Sequence record: DRR723986_9796 | Strand: one strand, 5' to 3' | Length of the DNA: 33,995 nt | Made by a program: the position numbers and the translations under genes | Notes under the pieces: generated by a model | Seen by the model: the letters and a program-made list of their open reading frames with translations, nothing else | The model's database searches: none | Told to the model about the DNA's origin: nothing | In this document: piece after piece, positions 1 through 10,993 of the stretch | Layout of the letters: each line of letters begins with the position of its first letter | How positions within the stretch are numbered: the stretch's first letter is position 1

Positions 1-1
1 C

Positions 2-1258
2 GCCGATCTCGATAGCACTCTGGCAGCAATCCGTCAGGGCGTAGACGATTATTTAATTAAGCCGGTTGAGCCGGGGGCTCTGAGGGCTCGGCTGAAGTCT
101 CTGGCGGAACTCTATCGCGTTAAATCGTCGCTCAAACAGAGCGATGCAAGAATGCGGTTTCTCGTCGAGAATCTGCCGGCAGGTGCAATCTACGTCGATG
201 ACGGCAAACTGGTCATGAATCGTGCCGTCGAAGAAATGACGGGATTCCAAGGCCGTGAAATTGCAACGGTGTCTCGCTGGTTCGATGTACTCTGTGGTGC
301 TCAAGCCGAGGAGTGCCGAACCAAGTACGATCAAGTCAAAGCGGAAGGTTTCTCCCATCCGTGCTTGCTGCCCATCACTCGACGCGATGGCATCCAGCGC
401 ATGCTCGAAATTGCTGGCTACCGTTACGACAACCGTGAAGTGTGGCTGGTAACCGACGCCACTGAGCTGGAAGATGCGCAGCAGCGTCTTGTACAAGCCG
501 AACGTCTTGCTGCTATCGGACAAATGGTGACTGGACTGGCCCACGAAAGCCGAAATGCACTCCAGCGGGCACGCGGCTGCTTGGATTTGCTGGAACTAGA
601 CCTCGAATCCCAGCCTTCACAACTGGACTTGGTGAACCGCATTCGGCGCTCGCTTGGCGACCTCCAACGCAACTACGAAGAAGTCAGGAACTACGCCGCG
701 CCGATCGCCTTAGAGTCGGAACCCGTTATGGTGTGTGATCTTGCGCGTGACGTTTTCGACGACCTGCAGTATCAGTATTCAGAGGCGGGACACAGCCTGG
801 TTGTCCAGTGTAGCAGCGACTGCGAACAGCCAATTCTGCTTGACAAACACCGGATGCGTCAGGTGCTTCAAAACGTACTCGAGAATGCAATTGCAGCTAG
901 CCCTTCGGGAACTCCCATCACTGTCCGCACGTCACTGGAGAAGCAGTCCGGTGGCGAGTATCACGTTCTTGAAGTCTCCGACTGTGGCCCTGGATTAACG
1001 ACGGAAACGAAGGCTCGCATCTTCGAACCGTTCTATACGACCAAACAATCCGGTACGGGCCTTGGCATGGCAATTTGCCAACGAATCATTGACGCTCACT
1101 CCGGGACGATTGAAGCCCGTTGTCAGCACTGCACTGAATCGGTCGCCAGTGAGCAAGTGTCGGAACAAGAACCACCTGGCTCCGGAACAACGATTCGTAT
1201 TTCTCTGCCATACCGCCGTGCCGCCAGCTCAACCGGGCAATTTCCGAAGAACAACTAA
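2..1258 (+). CDS. Hybrid sensor histidine kinase (REC-PAS-HisKA-HATPase), 5' end outside the window
   Basis: The frame of ORF 152..1258 is open back to base 2 and reads ADLDSTLAAIRQGVDDYLIKPVEP, the C-terminal half of a receiver domain. A PAS-like segment follows (LVENLPAGAIYVD...MNRAVEEMTG), then H-box LAHESRNAL, N-box NVLENA, G1 DCGPG, F-box IFEPFYTTK and G2 GTGLGM. Confidence 0.92.
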   Translation, partial: ADLDSTLAAIRQGVDDYLIKPVEPGALRARLKSLAELYRVKSSLKQSDARMRFLVENLPAGAIYVDDGKLVMNRAVEEMTGFQGREIATVSRWFDVLCGAQAEECRTKYDQVKAEGFSHPCLLPITRRDGIQRMLEIAGYRYDNREVWLVTDATELEDAQQRLVQAERLAAIGQMVTGLAHESRNALQRARGCLDLLELDLESQPSQLDLVNRIRRSLGDLQRNYEEVRNYAAPIALESEPVMVCDLARDVFDDLQYQYSEAGHSLVVQCSSDCEQPILLDKHRMRQVLQNVLENAIAASPSGTPITVRTSLEKQSGGEYHVLEVSDCGPGLTTETKARIFEPFYTTKQSGTGLGMAICQRIIDAHSGTIEARCQHCTESVASEQVSEQEPPGSGTTIRISLPYRRAASSTGQFPKNN

Positions 1259-1272
1259 AGCGATCGATCGCC

Positions 1273-2667
1273 ATGTTAGCCCAGCCAATCAATTTGTTGA
1301 TCGTTGAAGACGATGCTGACTTCCGTGACACCAGCCTGCGCTGGATGCAACGCAAGGGCCACGAAGTCGCTGCGGCCGCAAGTGGTGCCGAAGCACTGAG
1401 CCTGTGCGAACACCATCATTTCGATGTGGGCATCTTCGACATGAACATGCCTGGCATGAGTGGCATTGAACTGCTGCATCGTGTTCGAGAGCAGGGCATT
1501 GATATGGAGGTCATCATCCTGACAGGGCAGGGGACCATCGAATCTGCCGTGCAGGCGATGAAGATGGGCGCGAGCGATTACCTGACCAAACCTTGCCCAC
1601 TCGGCGACCTTGAACACCACTGTGAACTTGCCCGACAGCGGGGGCGGTTAAGACGAGAGAACCAACAACTCAAAGCGATCATTTCCCGCGACCGCCAGAC
1701 CGCCAACATCATCGGCAACTCTCAAGAAATGCAGTCGATCGTACGATTGATTGACCGTATTGCTCCGACCGACAAGCCCGTCTTGATCACTGGTGAAAGC
1801 GGAACGGGCAAAGAAGTGGTGGCCAAGGCAATCCAGCAAGCAAGTCCGCTGGCGGCCATGCCCTTCGTAACGGTCAACTGCGCCGCCCTGCCCGAACAAC
1901 TCGTTGAGAGCGAGCTTTTCGGGCATCAAAAAGGCTCATTCACCGGTGCAACGGCTGAGAAGCCGGGGCTATTCGAAGTAGCCGACGGGGGGACGCTGTT
2001 CATCGACGAACTTGGCGAGCTGCCAACGAGCCTGCAGCCGAAGTTGCTGCGTGTTCTGGAGGACGGTTCGATGCGACGAATCGGCTCGCACAAAGAACGA
2101 CGGGTACAAGTTCGCATCATTGCCGCCACCAATCGCGACCTGGCCCAAGACGTAAAAGATGGACGATTCCGCGAAGACCTCTATTACCGCGTCAATGTAC
2201 TTCCAGTGCTGCTGCCGCCGCTACGCAAACGCCCGGGTGATGCCGAGCAGTTGGTGAAGCACTTTTTACCCAAGGACTGGACAGTAACCGAATCTGCAAT
2301 GAAAGCCTTGACGGCTTACGCTTGGCCGGGCAACGTCCGCGAGCTGATTAATGTAATGCAGCGTGCCACAATCCTGGCAGATGACAACCGACTGACGACG
2401 CTCGACCTGCCTCGCGAGATTGCGGGCGGCGTGGAAGCTGAAGAAGAGGACCTGCCGCATGCGACCAACCAACCTGTTACACCCGAGCTCAATGCAGCAC
2501 CGAGCGATCCTAGCCCGGAAGCAGGAACGAACCTGGACGACATCGCCAAAGCTCATGTGCTAGAAGTGCTCCAGCAGGCGGGTGGTAACAAGGCGAAAGC
2601 TGCTCGGCTGCTTGGTATCCATCGCCGCAAACTCTACCGGCTGCTCGAACGATTTGGTGATGCTTGA
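1273..2667 (+). CDS. Sigma54-dependent response regulator, NtrC/AtoC/ZraR family (REC-AAA+-HTH_8)
   Basis: Receiver (IVEDD, FDMNMPG, KP), Walker [22 protein letters not shown] loop (GAFTGA variant), Walker [22 protein letters not shown], and C-terminal Fis-type HTH ([19 protein letters not shown]). Starts 14 bp after the kinase. Confidence 0.95.
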   Translation: MLAQPINLLIVEDDADFRDTSLRWMQRKGHEVAAAASGAEALSLCEHHHFDVGIFDMNMPGMSGIELLHRVREQGIDMEVIILTGQGTIESAVQAMKMGASDYLTKPCPLGDLEHHCELARQRGRLRRENQQLKAIISRDRQTANIIGNSQEMQSIVRLIDRIAPTDKPVLITGESGTGKEVVAKAIQQASPLAAMPFVTVNCAALPEQLVESELFGHQKGSFTGATAEKPGLFEVADGGTLFIDELGELPTSLQPKLLRVLEDGSMRRIGSHKERRVQVRIIAATNRDLAQDVKDGRFREDLYYRVNVLPVLLPPLRKRPGDAEQLVKHFLPKDWTVTESAMKALTAYAWPGNVRELINVMQRATILADDNRLTTLDLPREIAGGVEAEEEDLPHATNQPVTPELNAAPSDPSPEAGTNLDDIAKAHVLEVLQQAGGNKAKAARLLGIHRRKLYRLLERFGDA

Positions 2668-2687
2668 TGCAGTGCATCCCCATGGGA

Positions 2688-3527
2688 CTACTGGCCAACG
2701 CTGATCATGAATCCTTCACATCGCTCATGATACGATTTCGGCCACGCCTCGTTGTGACCGAGCGTCTCCGATTCGATGAACTCCTTTTCTCTAGATGCCG
2801 CCGCCGAGTGCAGAGAAATACCGCATTGCAGCGGCACCACTCGGTCGACAATCCCGTGCACCTGAAATAGTGGCCCTTCATAATTGGCTATCCTCTCATC
2901 TGACGGGTAGCGATTCCGCAATACCCAGCGGACCGGCAACCAGGGATAGTGGCTAGACGCGACGTTGACCATTGAGTCGAAGGTCCGATCCAGCACTAAC
3001 AGACCCGCGCCGCGCGAACCGGCCAGATGCGTAGCCAGTGCTCCTCCAAGCGATCTTCCCCAGATGATGACTTCGTCCGAACGCTCCCCAGTGCGTTTCA
3101 GCAGCCAATCATGTGCAGCCTCCGCATCAATCAAGATCCCCGCTTCCGATGGACTACCCTTGCTCTTGCCATAGCCTCGATAGTCGAATGCAAAAACGTT
3201 TGCATCATAGTAATCGCGCAAGAACTCAATCCGGCCTGCCATGTAACCCAGGTGAACTCCGTTGCCGTGAATCAGGAGAATAGTCCGCTTGGCCTGTGAT
3301 TTTTCGACGTACCAACCGTGAATTGTGTTCCCCTGGCGTGTATCTATAAACACGTCCTCATAGTTGATCTGGTCCGGATCCCAGTCACCTTCGCTGGCTC
3401 TAGGAGCGGGGTACATGAGCGTCGTTTCGAGGAGTGCAAACACGGTGACGATAACCAAGTAGATCCATAGCGGAGTCAGTAAGCGGAGTAGATTGCGGCT
3501 CTTCTGCTTCCGAAGCCAGCGGTACAT
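2688..3527 (-). CDS. Membrane-anchored alpha/beta hydrolase (ABHD13/ABHD17-like)
   Basis: N-terminal hydrophobic helix, HGNG, FDYRGYGKSKG, nucleophile elbow GRSLGG, HGxxDxVVP, and C-terminal GHNE. Confidence 0.9.
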   Translation of the reverse strand: MYRWLRKQKSRNLLRLLTPLWIYLVIVTVFALLETTLMYPAPRASEGDWDPDQINYEDVFIDTRQGNTIHGWYVEKSQAKRTILLIHGNGVHLGYMAGRIEFLRDYYDANVFAFDYRGYGKSKGSPSEAGILIDAEAAHDWLLKRTGERSDEVIIWGRSLGGALATHLAGSRGAGLLVLDRTFDSMVNVASSHYPWLPVRWVLRNRYPSDERIANYEGPLFQVHGIVDRVVPLQCGISLHSAAASREKEFIESETLGHNEAWPKSYHERCEGFMISVGQ

Positions 3528-3884
3528 AGATTGACACCTCCAGGTAGTGCTTCGCGAACTAGGTTTGGTGAATTGTATTGCAATTTCATCAACCAGTCAC
3601 CGCGACTTCGCAGCCCTAGTTCCATTGCTGTTTCTACTCTAGCGCTGGAGCTCTCTGAAGGCATTCCGGCCCGCTGGGCGATCGCGACAAACTCGAGGGC
3701 ATGAAGTCCGCAATTCTTGTCGAATCTCGGCAATTTAGGATTTTCCAGCAATTTGAGCGCATAACAGGCCGCTCACGCAGGCTCTAGACCGTACTTGGAA
3801 TTGCTCCGCTTCGGCCAGCAGAATCTGCGCCGGAAGTGGGGATCTACCGCTGAATCGCGACCTCGGTCGCAGGGAAACAGAACC

Positions 3885-6800
3885 ATGGCTGACTTGGTTG
3901 GCGGATTGCTGCTCTTTTCATGCGTCGGAATCGTCTGGGCCGTCACGGGTCACGGATTGTGGGTTGTCCTTAGAACGCTGCTTGCACACTCACTTGGTGA
4001 ACGATGCCCAAAATGCAACACAGTGTTCATAGCCGATCACCGCTGCGAAAGCGAAACGCGGGAACACCAGCCCTCATATCATGACGACCTAGCGGCAATT
4101 CTTCGCGTGCTCACTCACACAATGACCACGCGAGCGCTCGACGCATCAACTATCGAGAAACTACGGACCTTCGCTTCGCAGGCGCGGCAACCCAAGCCCA
4201 CACTCCGCAAACCCGAACCGCCAACGCTTACTGCGTCGGTTGTTCCGCACAAGCCCGACATCCGCAGGAAAGAACACAGCACCGCACCCGATTCTGATAA
4301 GGTCACCCAATCCAGCAACCAAGCCGCCAAGCCTGCGGCCGAACCAACCAAATCGCCCTTGGTTCCCCCGATTACACCTCACCCGTTGGATGAAGACATC
4401 GCGCCTGCACCGGCAAGACCAGCAACCGCTGCAGCTACTGCGCAACCTGCTGGTGTTTCTCCAAAATCCAGCCAAGTGTCATTGGCAACAATGGCTGAAG
4501 CAGCAGCGATGCCTACCGACCAAACACCCGCTGAACGCGAGCCGTGGACCGCGGCGATCATCGCGAGATTCATGGAAAAGGCGAACGTTCGCTGGGTTGA
4601 ACTGATTAGCGCCTTGCTCGTTGTCGGCTGCTCAATTGGACTTGTGATCAGCCTGTGGCATACGCTCAGTGAAACCACTCGCTTCTTTCCATCGCTCGTC
4701 TTCTTACTGTCCACCGTGGCGGTGCATTTCGCGGGACAGTACACGCTGCGGAAGTGGAAGCTGCGATCGACCAGTCGCGGCATTCTGCACATCGGCCTGA
4801 TGCTGATCCCCTTGAGTGTTTTGGTCGGTTTGCTGCTGGCGCGTCGCGAAGTGGCCCCCGTCCTGGATTTTTACTCCGGTGCAGTTGTTACCCTAGCTGG
4901 AGCATGTTACGGCTATTTGTCCTTCAGTGCCTCACGGACACTAAGCAGAAAGTACTGGAAGATCGTTGCCGGTGCGGTAATGCTCTCGATTCTGTCGCTG
5001 CTCAGTATCGACATAGGCTCCCAGTATGGATTTATCAGCCGACCAGTTGCAACATGGTGGATGCTGCTGCCCAGTGTGGTTGCGAGCATTGCGGCCGCGT
5101 CACTTCTATCCGTTCGAAACCTGCAGCGCCGGAGCCTCCCTGACTTTCCGGCTCGAGAGCTTGCAGGCAGCGTCACTCAAGTCCTATTTGCCGGCATTAC
5201 GCCGTTTGCGTTTTTTGTGATGCAGCGAGATGAAGCATTAGATGACGCGCTATGGATTTGCATTTTAATTCCGGCTTTCGGATGGACAGTATTCTCCGGT
5301 GTGTTGGCAGCCCGACTTCAGGCGATGCGCGAAAGCTCGTCGCCAAACTGGTTGCCGATTTCGAACGGAATATTTCTTGCCATATGCCTGACGGTCACCT
5401 GCGTCGCGTTGACTCAGCTACCATGGAATCCAACAACGCTTTGCACCGCACTAGCGATGGGTGGTGGCTACTTGGCAGCTATCGCGGTCGTCGCTGGATT
5501 TCCAAGAGCTTTCCAGGCGGGCTTTACTTGTTTATTGTCCGGCGTGAGCTTGATTCCCGTTGCGTTGAATTCGCACAGCCTGATCGAGGTTCGTTGGATC
5601 GCCTTCCCATCCGTTCTCTGCATTGCAATGTGCGGAGCCGCGGCGTGGGGAGTAGCTGCGCTGAAGGGTATTCGAAACCTCCGAAACGACCGACTGCCGA
5701 TTGTTGGTTGGACCGGCTACCGACGCCAGCTTGGGCTGAGTGCAATAGCCAATCGTGTCAGTAGATCAGGGGCAACGCTGCTTGCAACTGCTGCGGCATT
5801 GCTGCTTTTGGCAAGTTTCGAGGCTACTGAATCACGTTGGGCCACTCCGATTCTAGCGATCACTGGTTGGCCTCTACTGTTGATCTCACTATTTGAGATT
5901 TGGCCTATCGGCTCAGCGCGATTTGCCCAGCGCAGCCAGAACATTGCCTTGGGCCTGGGCCTCAGTTTTACAGCCCTGTCCACCGCTCAGGCGCTGGTAT
6001 TGCACGACGGGCTCGTTCCGTACGCCAATTCGCTCAGCGGTGCCGAGCGATTTGGGCTCTCACTTGGAATTACCAGCCTAAGCTGGGCACTGCTCAGTTG
6101 TATCAGCACGTTTTATCGAAAACATCCGTGGCCTGCAGCGCGTACCGTAATCGGCTGGGCAATGGGACTGGCCTTACCGGCTACCTTGCTGTTCAGTCTG
6201 ACTGACGCCTCAGGTGTTTGGTTTCGCTATCTAGGCTGGCTTGGCCCACTGACCACTTTCCTCGGCGCGGTTGTACTACTAGATCGCAACTATCTTCGAA
6301 TCAGCATTACAACAACGTGCTTTTGGGTCCTGCCGGTCGTTCATACCGTTTTCAGCGAGTCGATTTGGTTGGTCTTTGGCGGGTTTGGCTACCTGACGGC
6401 CCAAGCTCTGGTCTGCATAGCGATTGTCACGCTATTGAAACCGGCCTTGGCCACGCTGTCAGACACCGCGAACCACCGACGCGGACTGCCGGCAAAAGAC
6501 TCGATAAAGGTCGATTGGGATCTCGGCCTTATTGCCATCTCAATAGTCTTTGTTCTAGGGGGCCTACTTTGTATTGCCTTCCTGGATTCACTGGCCGTTT
6601 CGTTCGGGACTGAAGCTAGTCGACTACTGGTCAACCTGGGGGAGTTCTCGCCTGCAACTCTGGCTGCTTTCTTGTTTGCCATAGCCACAGCCCAGTGGAT
6701 CCTCTTTACATCCAAAAACATTCGAGCTGATTGGTTAGGAGTGGGAGTTGGGACTTTCCCAATTTTGTTGGCAATGGGCCTCGGCATCATGGCTGGACCA

Positions 6801-9800
6801 ACCCATCTGCTGAATGTTCTTGGCTGGACACTAGCCGTCAGCCTGATTGCTTCGGAGCTGTTCGTACTCGTTCCCGCCGCACGGGCTGCCTCGGCCCGAG
6901 TCTGGGATAGCCTCTTCTCAGCACAACCCATCGCCAGCAAGCCAGTCCACGACCTGGGGAAACTGGTCGCGAGCATCACGGCACACCGGATTTCGGCGTC
7001 GATTCTACTGGGGTTAAGCACGGCCGTACTCCTGCTGCAGGAACTCAGCCCTGAAGCCCGTACCGAGACCATCGAAAAGATCTTGGTACTCGCACCGGCC
7101 CTAGCGTTCCTGACCGTTCGTTGGATTGTCAGTCACTTGAACCCTTATACCGACGCCGTGGCCCAGCCTAAAGCAAACAATGCTTTCGTTTCAACAAGCT
7201 TGATGATTGTCATGCTGTGGGTTACGTGCGTGTGGTTGGGACTTCCTCTTTCATCGATCAACTACGCGTTGCCGCGCATTCTCCTTGCCATCGCTTTCGG
7301 TTTAACGTCACTGGTTTGCATCAGTCACGGCATCACCGTACTGCTAACGAAGGTCACGCCGAAGCAGCGTTATGTAGCGTTCGACCAAGGCCGTTCCCAT
7401 CTCTTTGCTCCTGCAATGGTGACGTGGCTCCTGCTAAGCTTGCTGGCCACGGGGCTAGTCGTGATGCTGCCTGCGATACGGACTTCAGGGAGCGACTTTT
7501 TTTGCAGTTGGCATCTGCTACTTGGTGGCATCGTTTGCCTCGTGGCTGCCTTACTGCAAATACAACAATCGCGTCGAGACGCACTGCGCTTCAGTCAGGG
7601 TCAACTCAGTCGAGACACCCCTGCGCTGGCGGCAGCGACGACGATCACACTGGTCAGTCCCTTTGTTTGTGCCGCATTTGCAGCATGGCTGATTCAACGC
7701 TCGTCCGAGTCGGCGACTTCCCAAACGCAGTGGTTCTTACCAGTGCACTTCCTTGTTTCAACTTGGGGATTGGTGGCCCTCACGCTTTCGGCAGTCCATT
7801 GGCGAAACGCACTCGCTCGCAAGCCACATACCAAGCCATTGCATCACCATGGCATTCTGCGATCTGTACTTGCATCTGCCGTGGGCGGTTTCGCGGTCGC
7901 GGGCACAATCGTCGACCCTGTCGCTGGGTTTCCGTTCGCCGCCTTGGTTGCCCTTTCAGTTGGGATGCTGGTTGAAGGAATTGTTCGTCGCAGTGCGATT
8001 TGGGGTCATTTTGCTGCAGTCTTTACGTCAATTGCCATAGCAGCACTCCTGCGCGGGTCCTGGTTAGGAGGAAACCTCGATGACGGTATTGTGCACGTAC
8101 TCTGGGGGCCGATCGCAATAAGCACTGCCTCGGTTGTGATTGAGTTCTTGCAGAATCGATCAGCAGTAGCACTGGACTCGTCGCAGGACGACAAGAGCGG
8201 CAGCGGTGGCATAGCGGTGCAGACGACGACGAGCCTGTTGCTTTCGGTCTGTTTTCTCCCGCTCAGCTTTATTGTCTGTTTGTGGCATCCACCAGTCATT
8301 AGTTGGATGCCGTTCTTCGCCCTGCAAGCTGCAGCGACGACGATCGCGCTCATCAGGTGCTTTTCTGTGTTTGGATGGCCCCGCAACAACCGTCGCGCTC
8401 CGGCGGCATACACGTCGATCGTCGGTTTGGGAGGTTGGATCGGAGCTTCGATTGCATGCGGCTACGATTTGGGATTTTTTGAATCGCTCTTGCTTTGGGC
8501 AACCGCAGTGCTTAGCTCGATGAGCATTATTAGCTTTTGTCTTAAGGAACTCTGTGGTAGCGAAGGGCTCAATCGACTTTTGTTTGCAGATCCAGTTAAA
8601 GGCCGAATAGGCATTGCCCACATCGCGGAAAGTATCAAGGCGTTGCATCTGTCTGTCGGACTGGCGAGCGCAGTTCCAGCAGTTTTCATTGTCATCGCTG
8701 CACCCGAACAGACACTTCGACTGATGGCTTCTGCCCTGCCGTTGGTTGGGATGACCGCGATTGCACCGCTGTTATTGATCCGCAGTGAATTGCATGGATC
8801 GAAACCAGCCGAAAGAAGCACGCTAGGAACTGAAGCCTGGGCCCTACGATATGCTGTCGCAGCCCTTGCATCACTGACCTTCCTGCTCAGTTGGTGGGCC
8901 GACTTGCCGCGGATCCTGGACGCAACCTGGCCCGAACTTTGGATCTACGCCCAACGGTGCATGCTATCGTTTAGTGTGCTAATGGGTGCATTTTGGGGCA
9001 TTAGTTCATTGCTCCAAGTTGATCAGGATTGGCGACGTGTGATCAATACGTTCGGCAACATTGCGTTTGTTATTGCTCTACCGACAGGTTCAACGTTGGT
9101 TGTCCTTCAACTGACGTCTGCCTGGGAGCAATCTGCTCTCACGGCAACCGCTGTGACGAAAGTCCTTTCGCTTTGTGCGTGGTTGATACTTGGATCGCGT
9201 TTAGCGCACCTAGCCATTTGGTCGCCCAACTTAGATGCGGCCAAGCCTAGCTCGGTCAGCCAAGGCCAGCGGGTCGCGCTGCTATATGGCGTCGAATTTT
9301 GCTTGCTAGGATTATCGCTCAGCGCATACTGCCACTTCCCCGGACTCTTTCGTGGGCTTATCGCAGATTGGTGGCCACTTTGGGCCTATGCCATCTCGAT
9401 TGGCAGTGCCTGTGTCGGAGTATTGATTCAGCGGCGGGATCGCGATGGCCGGGCCGAAGCGTTTACCGCGCTGAACTTTGTTCTCGGTCAGAACGGGCTA
9501 CTTTTACCGCTGCTGCCACTGGTCGGCGTTTTGATTCTACCCGCTGGGGCTCCTTGGATGCAGTGGCATGTTTACTCCGGCATCCTGCTGCTTGGTGCAT
9601 TGGTGTACGCGGGTCACGCAGCTCGCCTTGCCAGTGTGCCGCTTGCCGGACTGAGTGGCCTACTGATCCTGGGTTCCTACTGGACGACCCTACACAGTTA
9701 CGAATCACTGCGCTTTCTTGAGCATCCTCAGTTCTGGCTGCTACCGCCATGCCTAGCAGCACTCCTGGCGGCAGAAAGCCTCAAGAAGCAATTGAGCGAA

Positions 9801-10169
9801 CAAGCCATTGCGTCGATCCGATACTCCGCGCTGATTATCGCCTACACAAGCAGCACAAGTGAAGTCTTCTTTGAAGCGATGGGTGGTACGCTCTGGCAAG
9901 CGATATTGCTGATGACACTAGCTTTGATCGGCGTCGCAGTGGGTATCGCCCTGCGAATTCAGTCGTTCCTTTACTGTGGCGCGACGTTTACATTCCTGGC
10001 CACCCTGGGAATGGTGCTCAACGCACAGCGAGCAATCGGCAGCGTGTGGCCGTGGTGGGTCTTCGGAATTGCGACAGGCGCTGGCCTGATATTCCTGCTG
10101 GGCTACTTTGAGAAGAACCGCTCTGCGATCGAGGGCTATATCAATCGAATCCAACGCTGGCAGGCTTAG
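3885..10169 (+). CDS. Very large polytopic membrane protein of unknown function (~2,094 aa)
   Basis: Uninterrupted 6.3-kb ORF. Layout is an N-terminal TM helix, a CPKC...HRC motif, a Pro/Ala-rich linker, then dozens of hydrophobic segments to the C-terminus. I prefer ATG 3885 (preceded by purine-rich CAGGGAAACAG) over TTG 3795. Confidence 0.85.
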   Translation: MADLVGGLLLFSCVGIVWAVTGHGLWVVLRTLLAHSLGERCPKCNTVFIADHRCESETREHQPSYHDDLAAILRVLTHTMTTRALDASTIEKLRTFASQARQPKPTLRKPEPPTLTASVVPHKPDIRRKEHSTAPDSDKVTQSSNQAAKPAAEPTKSPLVPPITPHPLDEDIAPAPARPATAAATAQPAGVSPKSSQVSLATMAEAAAMPTDQTPAEREPWTAAIIARFMEKANVRWVELISALLVVGCSIGLVISLWHTLSETTRFFPSLVFLLSTVAVHFAGQYTLRKWKLRSTSRGILHIGLMLIPLSVLVGLLLARREVAPVLDFYSGAVVTLAGACYGYLSFSASRTLSRKYWKIVAGAVMLSILSLLSIDIGSQYGFISRPVATWWMLLPSVVASIAAASLLSVRNLQRRSLPDFPARELAGSVTQVLFAGITPFAFFVMQRDEALDDALWICILIPAFGWTVFSGVLAARLQAMRESSSPNWLPISNGIFLAICLTVTCVALTQLPWNPTTLCTALAMGGGYLAAIAVVAGFPRAFQAGFTCLLSGVSLIPVALNSHSLIEVRWIAFPSVLCIAMCGAAAWGVAALKGIRNLRNDRLPIVGWTGYRRQLGLSAIANRVSRSGATLLATAAALLLLASFEATESRWATPILAITGWPLLLISLFEIWPIGSARFAQRSQNIALGLGLSFTALSTAQALVLHDGLVPYANSLSGAERFGLSLGITSLSWALLSCISTFYRKHPWPAARTVIGWAMGLALPATLLFSLTDASGVWFRYLGWLGPLTTFLGAVVLLDRNYLRISITTTCFWVLPVVHTVFSESIWLVFGGFGYLTAQALVCIAIVTLLKPALATLSDTANHRRGLPAKDSIKVDWDLGLIAISIVFVLGGLLCIAFLDSLAVSFGTEASRLLVNLGEFSPATLAAFLFAIATAQWILFTSKNIRADWLGVGVGTFPILLAMGLGIMAGPTHLLNVLGWTLAVSLIASELFVLVPAARAASARVWDSLFSAQPIASKPVHDLGKLVASITAHRISASILLGLSTAVLLLQELSPEARTETIEKILVLAPALAFLTVRWIVSHLNPYTDAVAQPKANNAFVSTSLMIVMLWVTCVWLGLPLSSINYALPRILLAIAFGLTSLVCISHGITVLLTKVTPKQRYVAFDQGRSHLFAPAMVTWLLLSLLATGLVVMLPAIRTSGSDFFCSWHLLLGGIVCLVAALLQIQQSRRDALRFSQGQLSRDTPALAAATTITLVSPFVCAAFAAWLIQRSSESATSQTQWFLPVHFLVSTWGLVALTLSAVHWRNALARKPHTKPLHHHGILRSVLASAVGGFAVAGTIVDPVAGFPFAALVALSVGMLVEGIVRRSAIWGHFAAVFTSIAIAALLRGSWLGGNLDDGIVHVLWGPIAISTASVVIEFLQNRSAVALDSSQDDKSGSGGIAVQTTTSLLLSVCFLPLSFIVCLWHPPVISWMPFFALQAAATTIALIRCFSVFGWPRNNRRAPAAYTSIVGLGGWIGASIACGYDLGFFESLLLWATAVLSSMSIISFCLKELCGSEGLNRLLFADPVKGRIGIAHIAESIKALHLSVGLASAVPAVFIVIAAPEQTLRLMASALPLVGMTAIAPLLLIRSELHGSKPAERSTLGTEAWALRYAVAALASLTFLLSWWADLPRILDATWPELWIYAQRCMLSFSVLMGAFWGISSLLQVDQDWRRVINTFGNIAFVIALPTGSTLVVLQLTSAWEQSALTATAVTKVLSLCAWLILGSRLAHLAIWSPNLDAAKPSSVSQGQRVALLYGVEFCLLGLSLSAYCHFPGLFRGLIADWWPLWAYAISIGSACVGVLIQRRDRDGRAEAFTALNFVLGQNGLLLPLLPLVGVLILPAGAPWMQWHVYSGILLLGALVYAGHAARLASVPLAGLSGLLILGSYWTTLHSYESLRFLEHPQFWLLPPCLAALLAAESLKKQLSEQAIASIRYSALIIAYTSSTSEVFFEAMGGTLWQAILLMTLALIGVAVGIALRIQSFLYCGATFTFLATLGMVLNAQRAIGSVWPWWVFGIATGAGLIFLLGYFEKNRSAIEGYINRIQRWQA

Positions 10170-10993
10170 CTAACGCCACGTTGCTCCGGAGGGACAAAAT
10201 CGAACTTGCCACTTTGGGAAAAGAAGCGGACGGGATTGTCGTAGACAACCTTGGTGATCGACGCTTCGCTGTGACCACGTTTGCGCATTTCCATGATCAA
10301 ATCCGGCACAGCAGTCGGCTTACTCGGGCCCCAGTCACCGGCTGAGTTAGCCATCAGCCGTTCCGAACCGTATTTTTCAATCATGTCGGCAGCCCGTTGA
10401 GGGGTGCACTTGGTAACAGGATAAAGCGTCATGCCGGCCCAGAAGCCAGCATCCAAAACCGGTCCAATTGTATGTTCTTCCACATGATCGATCAGGACAC
10501 GACTGGGATCAATTCGTGAATCGCCAAGCAGCATGTCCATAATCATCCGCGTCCCCTGGTACTTGTCTTCCAGGTGTGGTGTATGGATCAGGATCTGCTG
10601 ATTGAATTTTACCGCCAGATCGACATGCTCCAGGAAAATCGTCGATTCGTTCTTGGTGTTCTTGTTCAGGCCGATCTCGCCGATGCCAAGCACATTGGGG
10701 CAGTCAAGAAACTCGGGAATCATCGAGATGACTTCCCGCGACAGGCTAACGTTTTCGGCTTCCTTGGCGTTGATACATAGCCAAGTAAAGTGCTGGATGC
10801 CGTACTGGGCCGCGCGTTTTGGTTCGGTTTCGGTCAATTGCCGAAAGTAATCGCGAAAACTGTCGACACTACCACGATCGAATCCGGCCCAGAAAGCCGG
10901 TTCACTCATACCGACGCACCCCATCTTCGCGAGCGTTTCGTAGTCGTCAGTCGTGCGCGAGACCATATGGATGTGCGGATCGACGTAATACAT
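10166..10993 (-). CDS. TatD-related metal-dependent hydrolase, EboB-like subfamily
   Basis: DPHIHM-SRTTDDY N-terminus typical of EboB-like TatD proteins, plus IGEIGL, IHTPH, IDH and NSAGDWG. Its stop overlaps the convergent upstream gene by 4 bp. Confidence 0.85.
   Translation of the reverse strand: MYYVDPHIHMVSRTTDDYETLAKMGCVGMSEPAFWAGFDRGSVDSFRDYFRQLTETEPKRAAQYGIQHFTWLCINAKEAENVSLSREVISMIPEFLDCPNVLGIGEIGLNKNTKNESTIFLEHVDLAVKFNQQILIHTPHLEDKYQGTRMIMDMLLGDSRIDPSRVLIDHVEEHTIGPVLDAGFWAGMTLYPVTKCTPQRAADMIEKYGSERLMANSAGDWGPSKPTAVPDLIMEMRKRGHSEASITKVVYDNPVRFFSQSGKFDFVPPEQRGVS

Noticed and set aside
1930..1955. GSFTGA instead of GAFTGA in the sigma54 activator
   Set aside because: A common variant that retains the critical Phe-Thr.
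3566..3585. Sigma54-like TGG...TTGC site with an AT-rich palindrome
   Set aside because: GG-to-GC spacing is one base too long for a -24/-12 promoter, and the palindrome alone is weak evidence.
6389..7975. Long alternative-frame ORFs (6389..7072 -, 7217..7975 +) inside the giant membrane gene
   Set aside because: Arg/Ser-rich shadow translations of a hydrophobic coding sequence, with no independent evidence.
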